Of a DNA stretch of 64,000 nucleotides, positions 1-9,980 are shown piece by piece. The position numbers and the translations under genes are program-made. A model generated the notes under the pieces. The model made no database searches and was not told where the DNA came from. It saw only the letters and a program-made list of their open reading frames with translations. Position 1 is the first letter of the stretch; every line of letters begins with the position of its first letter. The DNA lies in NCBI RefSeq assembly GCF_002087085.1, contig NZ_MWQY01000008.1, positions 62,001 through 126,000 of the forward strand, written 5' to 3'.

Positions 1-3
1 CAC

Positions 4-1065
4 GTGGCGGCAATCTCCGTCAGCGATCCCTATGACTGGGTCACGTCCCGGGACTATAGCAGCCGGGAGAGGGAACAGTTGTCCGGGGAGCTGGAGATAG
101 ACATGGACCCCGCAGCGGAGGAACGCTTCCGGTCCTACCTCGAGCCTGTCCTGGCCGAAGCGGAGGGACCGGGGGAGAAGATCCTGGCTATTCTGAAGAG
201 TTTTGAGGAGCTCCAGTACGAAATCGGTTTTGACGAGGATGTCTCCGTGGCGGCCATGGAGCATTTTCTCTTTACCAGCAAGAGCGGCGACTGTACCGAG
301 TTCTCCAATACCGCCGCCATTCTGGGACGCCTCGCGGGAATCCCCTCCCGCGTGGTTACCGGCTACCTGGCTTCGGAGGGGCTGCAGACCATGTCACACC
401 TTCAGGGACTCATGCTGCTGCGGGAGAGCATTCCCAGCCTGAAGGATCATCCGCTGGAAGAGCTCTACCTGGTCACCACCGCCCACCGTCACTCCTGGCC
501 CCAGTTCTATCTGCCTGACTACGGATGGATCGACTTCGAGTCGACCCAGTATGCCATACCACCGCTTCCCGGGGGAGACCCGAACTCCCAGGACGTTGTG
601 ATTCCCCTTATCGAAAACCGGACTGTCGCCGGAAGAGATTTTCAGATCCCCTGGAATCTCCTCCGACAAGTGATGCTGAGCCTGTTTATTCTGCTCTTCG
701 CGGCACTGTATGCCTACCGCTACGGACGGGAGATTCTTCTCAGGCACCTGGCATCCCGGCCGGGACGAAAGGGACTCCTTTCCGCGGAAAAACTGCTGCT
801 GTCGCTGCTTGCCAACGAGGGCCTGCGCCTCAAGAAGAGATCCGAGACTCCCCGGGAATATGCAGAGGTGGTCCCTGAGCTGGGCCCCTTTGTCGGGATA
901 TACGAAAAACTCCGTTTCAAGCCGGGTATCAGCACGGAGGAGGAAAAGAAACTCCGAAAGGAGCTCCTGGATGAACTGCACAAAGCAGTCTCCTTACGAC
1001 GGCGCCGTGGATTGAAGGGGGCTCTCTACAGGCTGCTGAATCTGAAAGGAGTCGTCTTCCCATGA
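4..1065 (+). CDS. Transglutaminase-like (TgpA-type) membrane protein, probably 5'-truncated by window edge
   Basis: Cys-His-Asp triad GDCTEFS / RHSW / WIDFEST, GIPSRVVTGY motif, C-terminal TM helix. Confidence 0.85.
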   Translation: MAAISVSDPYDWVTSRDYSSREREQLSGELEIDMDPAAEERFRSYLEPVLAEAEGPGEKILAILKSFEELQYEIGFDEDVSVAAMEHFLFTSKSGDCTEFSNTAAILGRLAGIPSRVVTGYLASEGLQTMSHLQGLMLLRESIPSLKDHPLEELYLVTTAHRHSWPQFYLPDYGWIDFESTQYAIPPLPGGDPNSQDVVIPLIENRTVAGRDFQIPWNLLRQVMLSLFILLFAALYAYRYGREILLRHLASRPGRKGLLSAEKLLLSLLANEGLRLKKRSETPREYAEVVPELGPFVGIYEKLRFKPGISTEEEKKLRKELLDELHKAVSLRRRRGLKGALYRLLNLKGVVFP

Positions 1066-2312
1066 GAAAGCTTGCACGTGCGGTATTCTGCCTGCTTCTT
1101 GCCATGTCGTCCATGATATCCTGCAGCAGGGAAGCCCACTGGGTAATGTTCCGGGGAGAACAGAGCAAGGGATATACATCCGAAAAGGTCTACCCTCCCC
1201 TGGCGGTAAAATGGAAGCTGAAGCTACAGGAAAGTCCCGGAGAGAAGCGCAGCTTCAATCCCCCCATTGTGGTGGACGATACCATTTATTTCGGATCCAA
1301 CGACGGAAACTTCTACGCCCTGGATGTGGAATCCGGCTACATGCGCTGGGTTTTCAAGACCCTGAGCCCCATCAACTCCCTGCCCTACGCGGATGATGAG
1401 AAGGTCTACTTCGGCTCCTCCGACGGCTACCTCTACGCCGTGGACAGGGAAAGCGGAGAAAAGGTCTGGGACTTCAATACACGCTCACCGGTAAACTCCA
1501 CGGTTATCGGCTACGAAGACGGAATCGTCTTCACCTCCGATGTGGGGGCCAGCTACTTTTTCAGCGCCGAGGGGGAACTGCAGCACCAGATCCCGAATCC
1601 CGTATGGCTCTCCCACAGCTTCCAGATCCAGGACCACATCATGTACTTCGCGCCGGGACCGGAAACAAACCCGCACAGCTTCGGAGCCTACGACATCCGG
1701 GCCAGGGACTACCTCTGGTTCATCGACACCTGGGACGATGCTCCCACCTGGTACTCCTTTCCGGCTAAAAAAGGGAAGATCCTCCACTACGCCACCAGCA
1801 GGCTCTACGTTGACGGCTGGCTCCTCTCCTATTACGGGATTAACGCCCGAAACGGAGAGATAGAGTGGCTCCGGGAAGAGCCCGCGGTGCTGCCGGTCTG
1901 GCAGGACATCGATCACTACACCCTCTTTGAAGACTCCCTGGAACTCCTGGATTATCTTGCCCCGGCCCTCTGGAGAGACCTGGTTATCTATTCCTCCGGC
2001 GACAATGTACTACGTGCTTTCAAGGGAAAAACGGGGACCAGCGCCTGGCGGCGGGAGTTTCTTCAGCCCGCCTCCTCATCTCCCATCGTCGCCGGCGACC
2101 GGGTGTATGTGGGCCTCCGGGGCTCCCTGGACGAGGAGACCCTGGAAAAGCCCTACCCGTCCCTGCTGGTCTGCCTCTCCGCAAGAACCGGCAAGGTGCT
2201 GTGGGAGTTCGAAACCGACGGGGATATCCTGTCGGCCCCGGTAATCGCCGGGGGCTGGATTATCTTCGGGACCGACAACAGCTATTTTTACGTACTGGAA
2301 GAGGTATTCTAG
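1062..2312 (+). CDS. PQQ-like beta-propeller repeat lipoprotein (BamB-like)
   Basis: Lipobox-like MISC; repeats of YFGSxDGxxYAxDxxSG..W; ATGA overlap with upstream gene. Confidence 0.85.
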   Translation: MRKLARAVFCLLLAMSSMISCSREAHWVMFRGEQSKGYTSEKVYPPLAVKWKLKLQESPGEKRSFNPPIVVDDTIYFGSNDGNFYALDVESGYMRWVFKTLSPINSLPYADDEKVYFGSSDGYLYAVDRESGEKVWDFNTRSPVNSTVIGYEDGIVFTSDVGASYFFSAEGELQHQIPNPVWLSHSFQIQDHIMYFAPGPETNPHSFGAYDIRARDYLWFIDTWDDAPTWYSFPAKKGKILHYATSRLYVDGWLLSYYGINARNGEIEWLREEPAVLPVWQDIDHYTLFEDSLELLDYLAPALWRDLVIYSSGDNVLRAFKGKTGTSAWRREFLQPASSSPIVAGDRVYVGLRGSLDEETLEKPYPSLLVCLSARTGKVLWEFETDGDILSAPVIAGGWIIFGTDNSYFYVLEEVF

Positions 2313-2818
2313 GGACGGCCGGTGTCGAAGGAGAACTGGATGCCCGTCCGGATCCTTGTGGAGGTATTGATCCAGTCCGGCGGTCCGATCAGGAGGTCCT
2401 GCTGGGCTTCGATTATCCACTGCATGAACTCATGGGTCCTGATCCGTATGCCGCCCTTGATAAAGGGCCCCACGTAGGTCCGGTTTTCGTCGGCAAAGAG
2501 AAACTGGGGTGTTACGCCGGCCCCCAGAAGATAGGAGACCTTTTCGTTCCCGGGAAAGAGAAAGTTGAGCCCCAGGTCCAGGGGAATATAGAACCTGGCG
2601 TCGTTCGAACCGGAACCCTCCTCGGGCCACAATCCGAAACCGGCCCCCAGACTGAGTTCGAGATCGCTGTGCAGCGGGACAATGTAGGCACCGCCGATAT
2701 CGAGAAAGCCATCCTCATAGTTGAAGAAATCGCCCCCAAGGGTGGCAACAAAGGACGGGGCCGCCCAGGCCGACGCTGCCAGCAGCATCAGGATCAAGGC
2801 AAGATGTACACGCTTCAT
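2309..2818 (-). CDS. Putative small outer-membrane beta-barrel protein
   Basis: Signal peptide (AWA), alternating amphipathic strands, GIQFSF near C-terminus. Confidence 0.65.
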   Translation of the reverse strand: MKRVHLALILMLLAASAWAAPSFVATLGGDFFNYEDGFLDIGGAYIVPLHSDLELSLGAGFGLWPEEGSGSNDARFYIPLDLGLNFLFPGNEKVSYLLGAGVTPQFLFADENRTYVGPFIKGGIRIRTHEFMQWIIEAQQDLLIGPPDWINTSTRIRTGIQFSFDTGRP

Positions 2819-2930
2819 GAGTTGTCCTCCGAATGCATTTAAAATTGTGTTCTGACCTAGTTTCGGTCAGTTTTTCCGCAGCATATAGCTTCATTCCATA
2901 AAAATATCGCATGAGAGGCGGGAATACAGC

Positions 2931-2955
2931 AAAAGCGGCACCGAAGCGATGCCGC
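2931..2955 (-). terminator. Intrinsic terminator after OMP gene 2980-3552
   Basis: Minus strand GCGGCATCGCTTCGGTGCCGC hairpin followed by TTTT. Confidence 0.6.
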
Positions 2956-2979
2956 GTTCCTTCATTTCCTGGTTTTATA

Positions 2980-3552
2980 TCAGAACCCGTAGGCAGCGCC
3001 GAAACTCAGATACATTATCGGAGCCCAGGTTATGTCTGCGTAATCATTGCCCCCTGTGGGCTGGCTCAGGAAACCGATATCGAGAAAGGGGATGACGGGG
3101 CTGTTCGCAAGGTGATACTGCCCCTCGATACTCAGGTTGACCGCAAGACCGTCAACATCATCCCCGTAATCACTGTCCGACGAGAGTGAACGGTATCCGA
3201 TGTTCAGTCCCGGCTTGATGGATATCTCGGGACTTATAAAGAACCGCGGTTTTATGCCCATCCCGATTTCGGCGAAACTCCCGTCTACACCTTCAACTTC
3301 AGCCGGGCCATAATTTACATACGCCCCTACGGCGAATTTCGGTGTGACATACATGTCCGCAAAGGCCCGCAGCAGAAAGCTGCCGTCTTTGTCAAGGTCC
3401 GCTCCATCAGCATCAATAGTTCCCGATAGCCAGAAACCCGCCGACGCACCGACTTCGTAATTTGCGTCTTGAGGAGCTGCGGTTACGACTGAAGCGATTA
3501 ATCCAAGGAGAAGAGCAACGAGAACACCTGTTGGAAATTTACATCTACTCAT
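2980..3552 (-). CDS. Outer-membrane beta-barrel (OmpA/OmpW-like) protein
   Basis: Signal peptide, Gly/aromatic alternating strands, terminal Phe (AAYGF). Confidence 0.7.
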   Translation of the reverse strand: MSRCKFPTGVLVALLLGLIASVVTAAPQDANYEVGASAGFWLSGTIDADGADLDKDGSFLLRAFADMYVTPKFAVGAYVNYGPAEVEGVDGSFAEIGMGIKPRFFISPEISIKPGLNIGYRSLSSDSDYGDDVDGLAVNLSIEGQYHLANSPVIPFLDIGFLSQPTGGNDYADITWAPIMYLSFGAAYGF

Positions 3553-3666
3553 CCAAGTGCCTCCTAAGGACAGCGTTCCTGCCCTGTATTCAGTATAGCC
3601 GAGTTTCAGGGGACATGCAATTTTTTAGAAGTACCTGTGGTTCAGTTCTTTCCCGGGGTCTCCCCC

Positions 3667-3695
3667 TTGACCCGGCAACCGGGGGTGGCTACTCT
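3667..3695 (+). promoter_or_regulatory. Putative sigma70 promoter of sppA
   Basis: TTGACC-17bp-TACTCT. Confidence 0.5.
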
Positions 3696-3779
3696 GAATT
3701 AAACGCCCGGGCCTGTCAGACGCACCAGCGGCGAAGTATTCAGGGTCCCGCCCGTTATTCCAGTCGAGGAAGCGCCGAT

Positions 3780-6113
3780 ATGAAAAAAAGATTCCTTTCA
3801 ATCCTGATTCTGATTTCTCTTTCCCCTTTTCTGTTTTCCCTGGATTATCCCGGTACGGCTATGGGGGATGATTTCCTGAGTCTCCGGGTCAACCCCGCTG
3901 CCATGGCCTTCGGCAACGCCGGCGGAATAGCCCTGATTCACCCTTTCCTTATCGATGAAGACGAAGGGGAGCGGCCGGACCTTTTTAACGAGTACTCCCT
4001 GCAGCTGGCCTTCACAAACCTGGGATATTACTTTGACAGGCAGGATACCGATTACACCCATAACCTGCTGGCTGCGTTTCCGCTGCTTCCCAATTTCTAC
4101 CTTGGATGGCGGGGAGACTGGCAGAATGCGGACCTGGACGGTATGGACAGCACCCTGGGTGTTCTGGCGCGTCCGTCGGACTACCTCTCCCTGGCGGCAA
4201 CGGGGGAGAAGCTTTTTACCGGAGAGGCCTCCGGTACTGTGGGATTCGGCCTGCGCCCCCTCTTTCTGACCGGTGACAATCCCTCCCTGCTGACTGTGGG
4301 ACTCGATATTCCCTGGGACCGGGAGCTCCGGCGTCCGGTACTTCAGGCAAGCAGCGAACCCATCGATGCGCTGCCGGGCTTTGCCTTCAACCTGGCGTAC
4401 AACATGGAGGACAAGCGTCTGACCGCAGGGCTCTCCTACAGCCTGGGGACCCTGCGGAGCGGGTTCCTGATGGACGACCGGACCAGGGGAGCCGCTTACG
4501 TGCATCTTGGAGTGCGGAAATACTCCTCCCCGGCCGTTCCCATGACGGATCCCTACGTGCGCTTTAATCCCGGTCCGGTTATCGCCGAGGAGTCGACCCC
4601 GGGATTCTTCTTTTTCGATCCCCCGGCCCCCAGTCTGTTCGAAGTTCTAGAAGCGCTTAAGGATCTTCAGGAGGACCCTGCTGTCAGTGGAATCGTGATC
4701 GAAAATCAGAACTTCCAGACCAGCTGGGCGGGATACCTCGAACTGATCAGCGCCCTGAACCGATTCAGGGAGGCCGGAAAAAAGGTGGTGTATTACTACG
4801 AGAACATAAGCCTCTGGAACTACATCCTGGCTTCCTCCACGGGGGACGCCATTTACCTGAATCGACTGGGGCGGGTCGATCTTACCGGGCTTGGAGGAAC
4901 CCGGCTCTACTTTGGAGGACTTCTGAACTCCTTCGGTATCCGGGTGCATAATATCCGGTCCCACCCCTACAAGAACGGGGCGAATTTTGTTTCAGAACCG
5001 GGAATAACCCCGGAGGAACGGGAAATGCTCGAGGTATTCTACCGGGACATACTTGATGAAGTTATCAAACTGGTCCGTTCCGGACGGGGCGAAATACTCT
5101 CCGGAGACCTGGAAGAACTCATAGCCGCAGGCCCCTACCTTATCAGCGACGAGGCTCTGGAAGCAGGCCTCGTGGACGGGCTTATCTATCAGGATGAGCT
5201 TACTGACAAACTGAAGGAGTTCCATCAGCACCCGGTTATCAGCAACGGAGATTTCCGTGAACCCTTCCGCCGGGACTGGAGTGATCCCTTCGCGAACCAG
5301 ATAGCCCTGATCTACGCCGTGGGAAACATAACTTCCGGAAAAGGGGTGCCGGGCTCAAGCATAGGCGCGGAAAGCCTGGGTGCCTCGATCCGTGCAGCCA
5401 GGGAGAACCCCTTCGTAAAGGCCATTCTCCTGCGCGTCGATTCCGGGGGAGGATCCTCCCTTGCATCCGACGTGATCGCCAGGGAAGTCCAGCTCTGCAG
5501 GGAGGCGAAAAAACCCTTTATTGTCTCCATGGGCGGGGCGGCCGCTTCGGGGGGCTACTATATTTCGGCTTACGCCGACAGAATTGTGGCTTCCCCTTTG
5601 AGTATTACCGGATCCATCGGGGTATTCATCGCAATGCCGGAGTTCGCCGGGCTTCTGGAAAAGTACGATGTAGGCAGCGCGGAGCTTGGGACATCGGAGA
5701 ACGCCAGTTTCGGGAATCCCTTCAGGCGGCTCGACGCCGGGGAGCGGGAAAAACTCTCCGGGCTGGTTTCCCATACCTACGGACTTTTTATCGATACCGT
5801 GGCCCGGGGACGAGACATGGAAAAAGAGGCTGTTGATGCGGTTGCCCAGGGGCGGGTATGGACCGGACGCCAGGCTCTGGAACATGGACTGGTGGACAAG
5901 CTGGGAGGTTTTCAGGATGCCATAGATGCGGCGGCGGAAGCTGCGGGTATTCGGGGACAGTACATGCTGGTGGATTATTCCAACCGGGACATTCCCCTAT
6001 CACTGCGCATGGCGGAGAGCTTCAAGTCTCCCCTGGAAGGACTGTTTCTGCCGGAACTGCTGCTGAAGGAGAAGGGGCCCCTTTATATGATGCCCTTCAA
6101 TCCGGCGGACTGA
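3780..6113 (+). CDS. sppA: Signal peptide peptidase SppA (S49) with extra N-terminal domain
   Basis: LRVDSGGGS, AASGGYY, TGSIGV, QGRVWTGRQA motifs; start at ATG 3780 (MKKRFLSILIL signal peptide). Confidence 0.9.
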   Translation: MKKRFLSILILISLSPFLFSLDYPGTAMGDDFLSLRVNPAAMAFGNAGGIALIHPFLIDEDEGERPDLFNEYSLQLAFTNLGYYFDRQDTDYTHNLLAAFPLLPNFYLGWRGDWQNADLDGMDSTLGVLARPSDYLSLAATGEKLFTGEASGTVGFGLRPLFLTGDNPSLLTVGLDIPWDRELRRPVLQASSEPIDALPGFAFNLAYNMEDKRLTAGLSYSLGTLRSGFLMDDRTRGAAYVHLGVRKYSSPAVPMTDPYVRFNPGPVIAEESTPGFFFFDPPAPSLFEVLEALKDLQEDPAVSGIVIENQNFQTSWAGYLELISALNRFREAGKKVVYYYENISLWNYILASSTGDAIYLNRLGRVDLTGLGGTRLYFGGLLNSFGIRVHNIRSHPYKNGANFVSEPGITPEEREMLEVFYRDILDEVIKLVRSGRGEILSGDLEELIAAGPYLISDEALEAGLVDGLIYQDELTDKLKEFHQHPVISNGDFREPFRRDWSDPFANQIALIYAVGNITSGKGVPGSSIGAESLGASIRAARENPFVKAILLRVDSGGGSSLASDVIAREVQLCREAKKPFIVSMGGAAASGGYYISAYADRIVASPLSITGSIGVFIAMPEFAGLLEKYDVGSAELGTSENASFGNPFRRLDAGEREKLSGLVSHTYGLFIDTVARGRDMEKEAVDAVAQGRVWTGRQALEHGLVDKLGGFQDAIDAAAEAAGIRGQYMLVDYSNRDIPLSLRMAESFKSPLEGLFLPELLLKEKGPLYMMPFNPAD

Positions 6114-6814
6114 TCCCGGAGCGGCGGATCTTCCCGGCGGTAGATCTCCAGTACGAGATTCAGGTGCCTTCGCATACGGGTGGAGGCCTCTTCAGGCTTT
6201 CCCGTGACGATGGCATCGTAGATTTCCTTGTGCTGCTGGTACAGTTCCGCCGGGTTCTCCGCCCGTTCCAGCACCAGGCGGCGGCGGCCCTTGATGGAAA
6301 CTTCAAGAAAGGTGGTTACAAACTCGGCGCTTTTCTGCAGAACAAAATGGTCGGCTATCTCGAAGATTCGCTCGTGAAACTCCATATCCGCCTTGGCGCT
6401 TAAAGCCGGATTCTCCTCCGATACGGCCCGCTTCATCCGCTCAATGGGCTCCATAAGATAAGAGGCTTTTACGGGGGTCATCTTGATGGCCGCCAGTTCA
6501 GCGGCCTTGAGTTCAAGAAGAAAGCGAAGGTCCAGGAGTTCAAAGGTAAGTCCCTGACGCTCCACGAAAAGGGGAGCCAGGGTAGAGAGAAAGGGAATAA
6601 TATTCAGCCCCGTTATATAGGACCCCCCGCCCCGCCGGGTTTCGATCAGACCGAGAATCTCCATGACCCGCAGGGCCTCCCGCACCGAAGCCCGGGAAAC
6701 ACCGAACTTTTCAGCAAAGTCCCGTTCAGGAGGCAGCCGGTCTCCAGGGGCCAGATCCTGGTCGCGGACGGAGTTGATAATATCCGAAATAATCTCTTTA
6801 TAAACCTTTTTCAC
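6083..6814 (-). CDS. FadR/GntR family transcriptional regulator
   Basis: PGDRLPPERDFAEKFGVSRASVREAL HTH plus FCD domain; likely GTG start at 6814. Confidence 0.9.
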   Translation of the reverse strand: MKKVYKEIISDIINSVRDQDLAPGDRLPPERDFAEKFGVSRASVREALRVMEILGLIETRRGGGSYITGLNIIPFLSTLAPLFVERQGLTFELLDLRFLLELKAAELAAIKMTPVKASYLMEPIERMKRAVSEENPALSAKADMEFHERIFEIADHFVLQKSAEFVTTFLEVSIKGRRRLVLERAENPAELYQQHKEIYDAIVTGKPEEASTRMRRHLNLVLEIYRREDPPLRDQSAGLKGII

Positions 6815-6972
6815 ACCTTTACGTCTACCTTGGATGGGTCTGTTTGAATATACGGAAAGATACGGCCTACCCAGAGTATTTTTCACAAAATCCCGCTGCG
6901 TTTCAAGCGCTATTTTCTGGTGCGGAAAAAACCGTAATTGCCATTAACCCCCGGTCCCGGTATAGTTAATTC

Positions 6973-7362
6973 ATGAACACCTACACCATCGTACGTATGG
7001 AGCATCTGAACCACCATGGAAATCTCTTCGGCGGCCAGATGCTTAAATGGGTCGACGAAAATGCCTGGCTTGTGGCAGCCAAGGAGTATCCCGGCTGCAT
7101 GCTGGTGACCCGGGCCATGGACGATATCTCCTTCAGGCATCCGGTTCCCGTGGGGTCTATCCTGCGCTTCGATGCCCGGGAAACCCATCATGGACAGACA
7201 TCCCTGAGCTACAGCGTGGATGTATGGTCAGACGAACCGGGGGCTACAGAGGAAAAACTGGTTTTCTCCACCTCCGTGACCTTCGCCTGCGTCGACTGCG
7301 AAGGGAAGAAGGCTCCCATTCCTCCCAGGGGGGGTACAAAACCCGGAGCCTGCGGGGATTAA
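6973..7362 (+). CDS. Acyl-CoA thioesterase (hotdog fold)
   Basis: HLNHHGNLFGGQMLKWVD motif. Confidence 0.9.
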   Translation: MNTYTIVRMEHLNHHGNLFGGQMLKWVDENAWLVAAKEYPGCMLVTRAMDDISFRHPVPVGSILRFDARETHHGQTSLSYSVDVWSDEPGATEEKLVFSTSVTFACVDCEGKKAPIPPRGGTKPGACGD

Positions 7363-8624
7363 GTTCCGATACTGCCCCGCTGATCGTCCAGGGCGATCAT
7401 CTCTTCCGTCAGCTTTCGTATTTTGGATCGCAGAACAAAGACGCAGTCCGTCTCCTTTCCCCTTCCCTGAACAATGTCTTCCGCCAGGGCCCTGCAGTTG
7501 GGGGCCCCGCAGGAGCCGCAGTCCAGGGCAGGGAGGTCCTCCGTGAGGGCTTCCAGGCGTTCGAGCTTTTCCAGGGCCCGGGCAGGATCGGCATCCAGGG
7601 CCATCACCCTGTTTTCCCTGGTCATGACCCTGGTCTCCAGCAAAAATTCCCGCTTTTCCGTCCGGGAGGCTTCACTGCTTTCCCTGCCCGCCTGTTCCGC
7701 CCTTGCCGCCAGCCGGGACCTGGCCATGAAGGGATTTTCCACCTGAAGTGCCCCGCCCACACAGCCTCCGGGACAGGCCATGGCCTCGATAAAGCTGATT
7801 CCTTCGCTGTTTCCCGAATCGATCTTCTCCAGCAGAAGAGAGACATTCCGTATTCCATCCACGGCGATCCCCTCCCCCGGAGCAACCGAGCGGCTTTCTC
7901 CGCCGCTTCGTCCCCAGAGGATCCCCGTCTTTCCCGCAGTGGAATCGACACGCCCCCTGCCCACGGCCTTTACAACAGCCGCGAAGAGATCCCGCACCGG
8001 CACGGCTGCAGCGACACTCGAGGCTGAGGCGAAGAGAGGATGTCTGGAATCGGTGATCTTGGCGGGACAGGGGGTTATGAACACCGGAGAAGCCGATTCA
8101 CCGTAATGCCTCTTTATCAGCCGGGCGGCAACCTCCATGGGTGAGGGCAGAGGGACCAGACTGGACAGAAGCGCAGGAAAACGAACCTCCACCAGGCGCA
8201 CCACGGCCGGACAGGACGAGGAGATTAGAGGACGGGGAGCATCTTCACCTTCCAGGATTCGGGCTGTAGCTTCCGTCACTATCTCCGCCCCCAGGGCCAC
8301 CTCTTCCACACCGGCAAAGCCCAGGGACTTGAGGGCCCCCAGCAGGTCCTCCACGGGAATGGCGGATTTAAACTGTCCGTAAAAACTGGGGGCCACCATG
8401 GCCACAGGAGTCTCCAGGGCAAGGGCCGCCTCCAGGGCATCGGAGCGAACGCTCTTGGCATGATGGGGACACACCCGGATACATTCGCCGCAGTCGATAC
8501 AACGCTCGGTTATGATAAAGGCCTTACCGCCCCTGACCCGGATAGCCTCGGTGGGACAGCGGGTAACACAGAGTGTACAGCCCTTGCAGCGCTCCTCCAG
8601 GAGCATCACTGAATGCCGTGTCAT
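7359..8624 (-). CDS. [FeFe]-hydrogenase-like protein (putative sensory/ancestral type) with 2x[4Fe-4S] and C-terminal FeS domain
   Basis: CKGCTLC..CP and CIDCGEC..CP ferredoxin motifs; H-cluster motifs SSSCP, TPCPAK, EAMACPGGCVGG; C-terminal CGSCGAPNC. Confidence 0.85.
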   Translation of the reverse strand: MTRHSVMLLEERCKGCTLCVTRCPTEAIRVRGGKAFIITERCIDCGECIRVCPHHAKSVRSDALEAALALETPVAMVAPSFYGQFKSAIPVEDLLGALKSLGFAGVEEVALGAEIVTEATARILEGEDAPRPLISSSCPAVVRLVEVRFPALLSSLVPLPSPMEVAARLIKRHYGESASPVFITPCPAKITDSRHPLFASASSVAAAVPVRDLFAAVVKAVGRGRVDSTAGKTGILWGRSGGESRSVAPGEGIAVDGIRNVSLLLEKIDSGNSEGISFIEAMACPGGCVGGALQVENPFMARSRLAARAEQAGRESSEASRTEKREFLLETRVMTRENRVMALDADPARALEKLERLEALTEDLPALDCGSCGAPNCRALAEDIVQGRGKETDCVFVLRSKIRKLTEEMIALDDQRGSIGT

Positions 8625-9049
8625 TGCGGTGCATCTCCGTTCAGAAAGACGGTAAAGGAGACGGTCGTTCCGGAACCCGGGGAGGATTCCAGGGTAAAGA
8701 TGTCGGCGGAACGCTTCATGTTGGGAAGCCCCATACCGGCGCCGAAACCGAGCTCCCGGATATACTCATTGGCGGTGGAGTATCCCTCCTGCATGGCAAG
8801 ATCCACATCCGCAATCCCCGGTCCCTGGTCCTTCAGGACCGCGCTGATTCTCTTCGGGCTTATATCGATCTCCGCAGTCCCGCCCCCGGCGTGTACCGCC
8901 ATGTTGATCTCTCCCTCGTAGAGAGCCACGGAAAATCGACGTATCGCTTTCTGGGAGACCCCGAGCTGCAGCAGAAGCCGTTTCACCTTGGTAGAGACCT
9001 CTCCCGCGGCATGGAGAATATCGGGAGTAACAGTATAGAGCTTTTTCAT
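8621..9049 (-). CDS. RsbT-like anti-sigma regulatory Ser/Thr kinase (HATPase_c)
   Basis: YEGEINMAVHAGGG, DQGPGI, GFGAGMGLPNMKR; start at ATG 9049. Confidence 0.88.
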   Translation of the reverse strand: MKKLYTVTPDILHAAGEVSTKVKRLLLQLGVSQKAIRRFSVALYEGEINMAVHAGGGTAEIDISPKRISAVLKDQGPGIADVDLAMQEGYSTANEYIRELGFGAGMGLPNMKRSADIFTLESSPGSGTTVSFTVFLNGDAPQ

Positions 9050-9155
9050 TGCTTGAATCCACCGGGGTTTTTCACGCCGGAAGTATATCACGGGGTCGGG
9101 ACAATTGAAACAAATATCACTTTTCTGCGAGTATTGCGGATAAGGAGGCCAGACG

Positions 9156-9980
9156 ATGATTTCCGCCAGGGATGTTCTTTCTTTGCGAACAGGTATATTT
9201 GCCCATCGAGGCAATTCCGCCGCCTACCCCGAGAATACCCTGCCGGCCTTCCGCAGCGCCTTTCAGCTGGGCTGCCCCATGGTGGAGACGGACCTTCACC
9301 TGACGGCGGACGGAGAACTCGTCCTGTGGCATGATGAACGGACAGGAAGAAACACCGACCGGGACCTCGTTATCGAGGAATCGAGCCTGGCGGAGCTGCG
9401 GAGCCTTGATGCCGGCTTTACCCGTCCCGCCTTCAGGGGGATGGGAATCTACATGATGACCTTGAACGAACTCCTGGAGGAGTTTCCCGAGGGGGTCTTC
9501 AACATCGACCTGAAAAGCCCGGATCCCATGATCGCGGTCCGCTATGCCCAGGTTCTGGCGGCTCACCGTGCCTGGGAACGGGTTGTAACCGGGAGCTTTC
9601 ACGGTAATGTTCTGCGCCGCTTCCGTCGTCTGGCTCCTGCCTGCCTGACCTCCATGAGCCCGGGGGAAGTCCGGGCGGCGGTAATCATCAACCGGCGGGG
9701 ACTCAGGTGGCTGCGGCCCCTGGCGGCGATTCTTATCAAAGGCCGGATCTTCCAGGTACCCGAGGTTCACGGGAATATACGGGTGGTAAACAGGGGCCTG
9801 ATTTCCTCCTGGGCAAAGTCCGGAGTCCCGGTACAGGTCTGGACCGTCAACGAACCGGAGGAGGCAAAACGTCTGTTCCGGTCAGGGGTCCGGGGAGTCT
9901 TTACGGACGCCCCGGAGACGATGCTTCAGGCCCTCAGGGGCTTTGACCCCGACGGGGAAAGTCCCCCGTATCGAGACTAG
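9156..9980 (+). CDS. Glycerophosphodiester phosphodiesterase
   Basis: [23 protein letters not shown] motifs; SD AAGGAGG. Confidence 0.92.
   Translation: MISARDVLSLRTGIFAHRGNSAAYPENTLPAFRSAFQLGCPMVETDLHLTADGELVLWHDERTGRNTDRDLVIEESSLAELRSLDAGFTRPAFRGMGIYMMTLNELLEEFPEGVFNIDLKSPDPMIAVRYAQVLAAHRAWERVVTGSFHGNVLRRFRRLAPACLTSMSPGEVRAAVIINRRGLRWLRPLAAILIKGRIFQVPEVHGNIRVVNRGLISSWAKSGVPVQVWTVNEPEEAKRLFRSGVRGVFTDAPETMLQALRGFDPDGESPPYRD

Noticed and set aside
3462..3779. N-terminal extension of sppA, and a possible riboswitch in its 5' UTR
   Set aside because: The extension overlaps the divergent OMP gene and the signal peptide begins at 3780; the UTR matches no riboswitch consensus I recognise
9100..9122. 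Possible Rex operator upstream of the rsbT-hydrogenase unit
   Set aside because: Only one half-site (ATCACTT) matches; too weak
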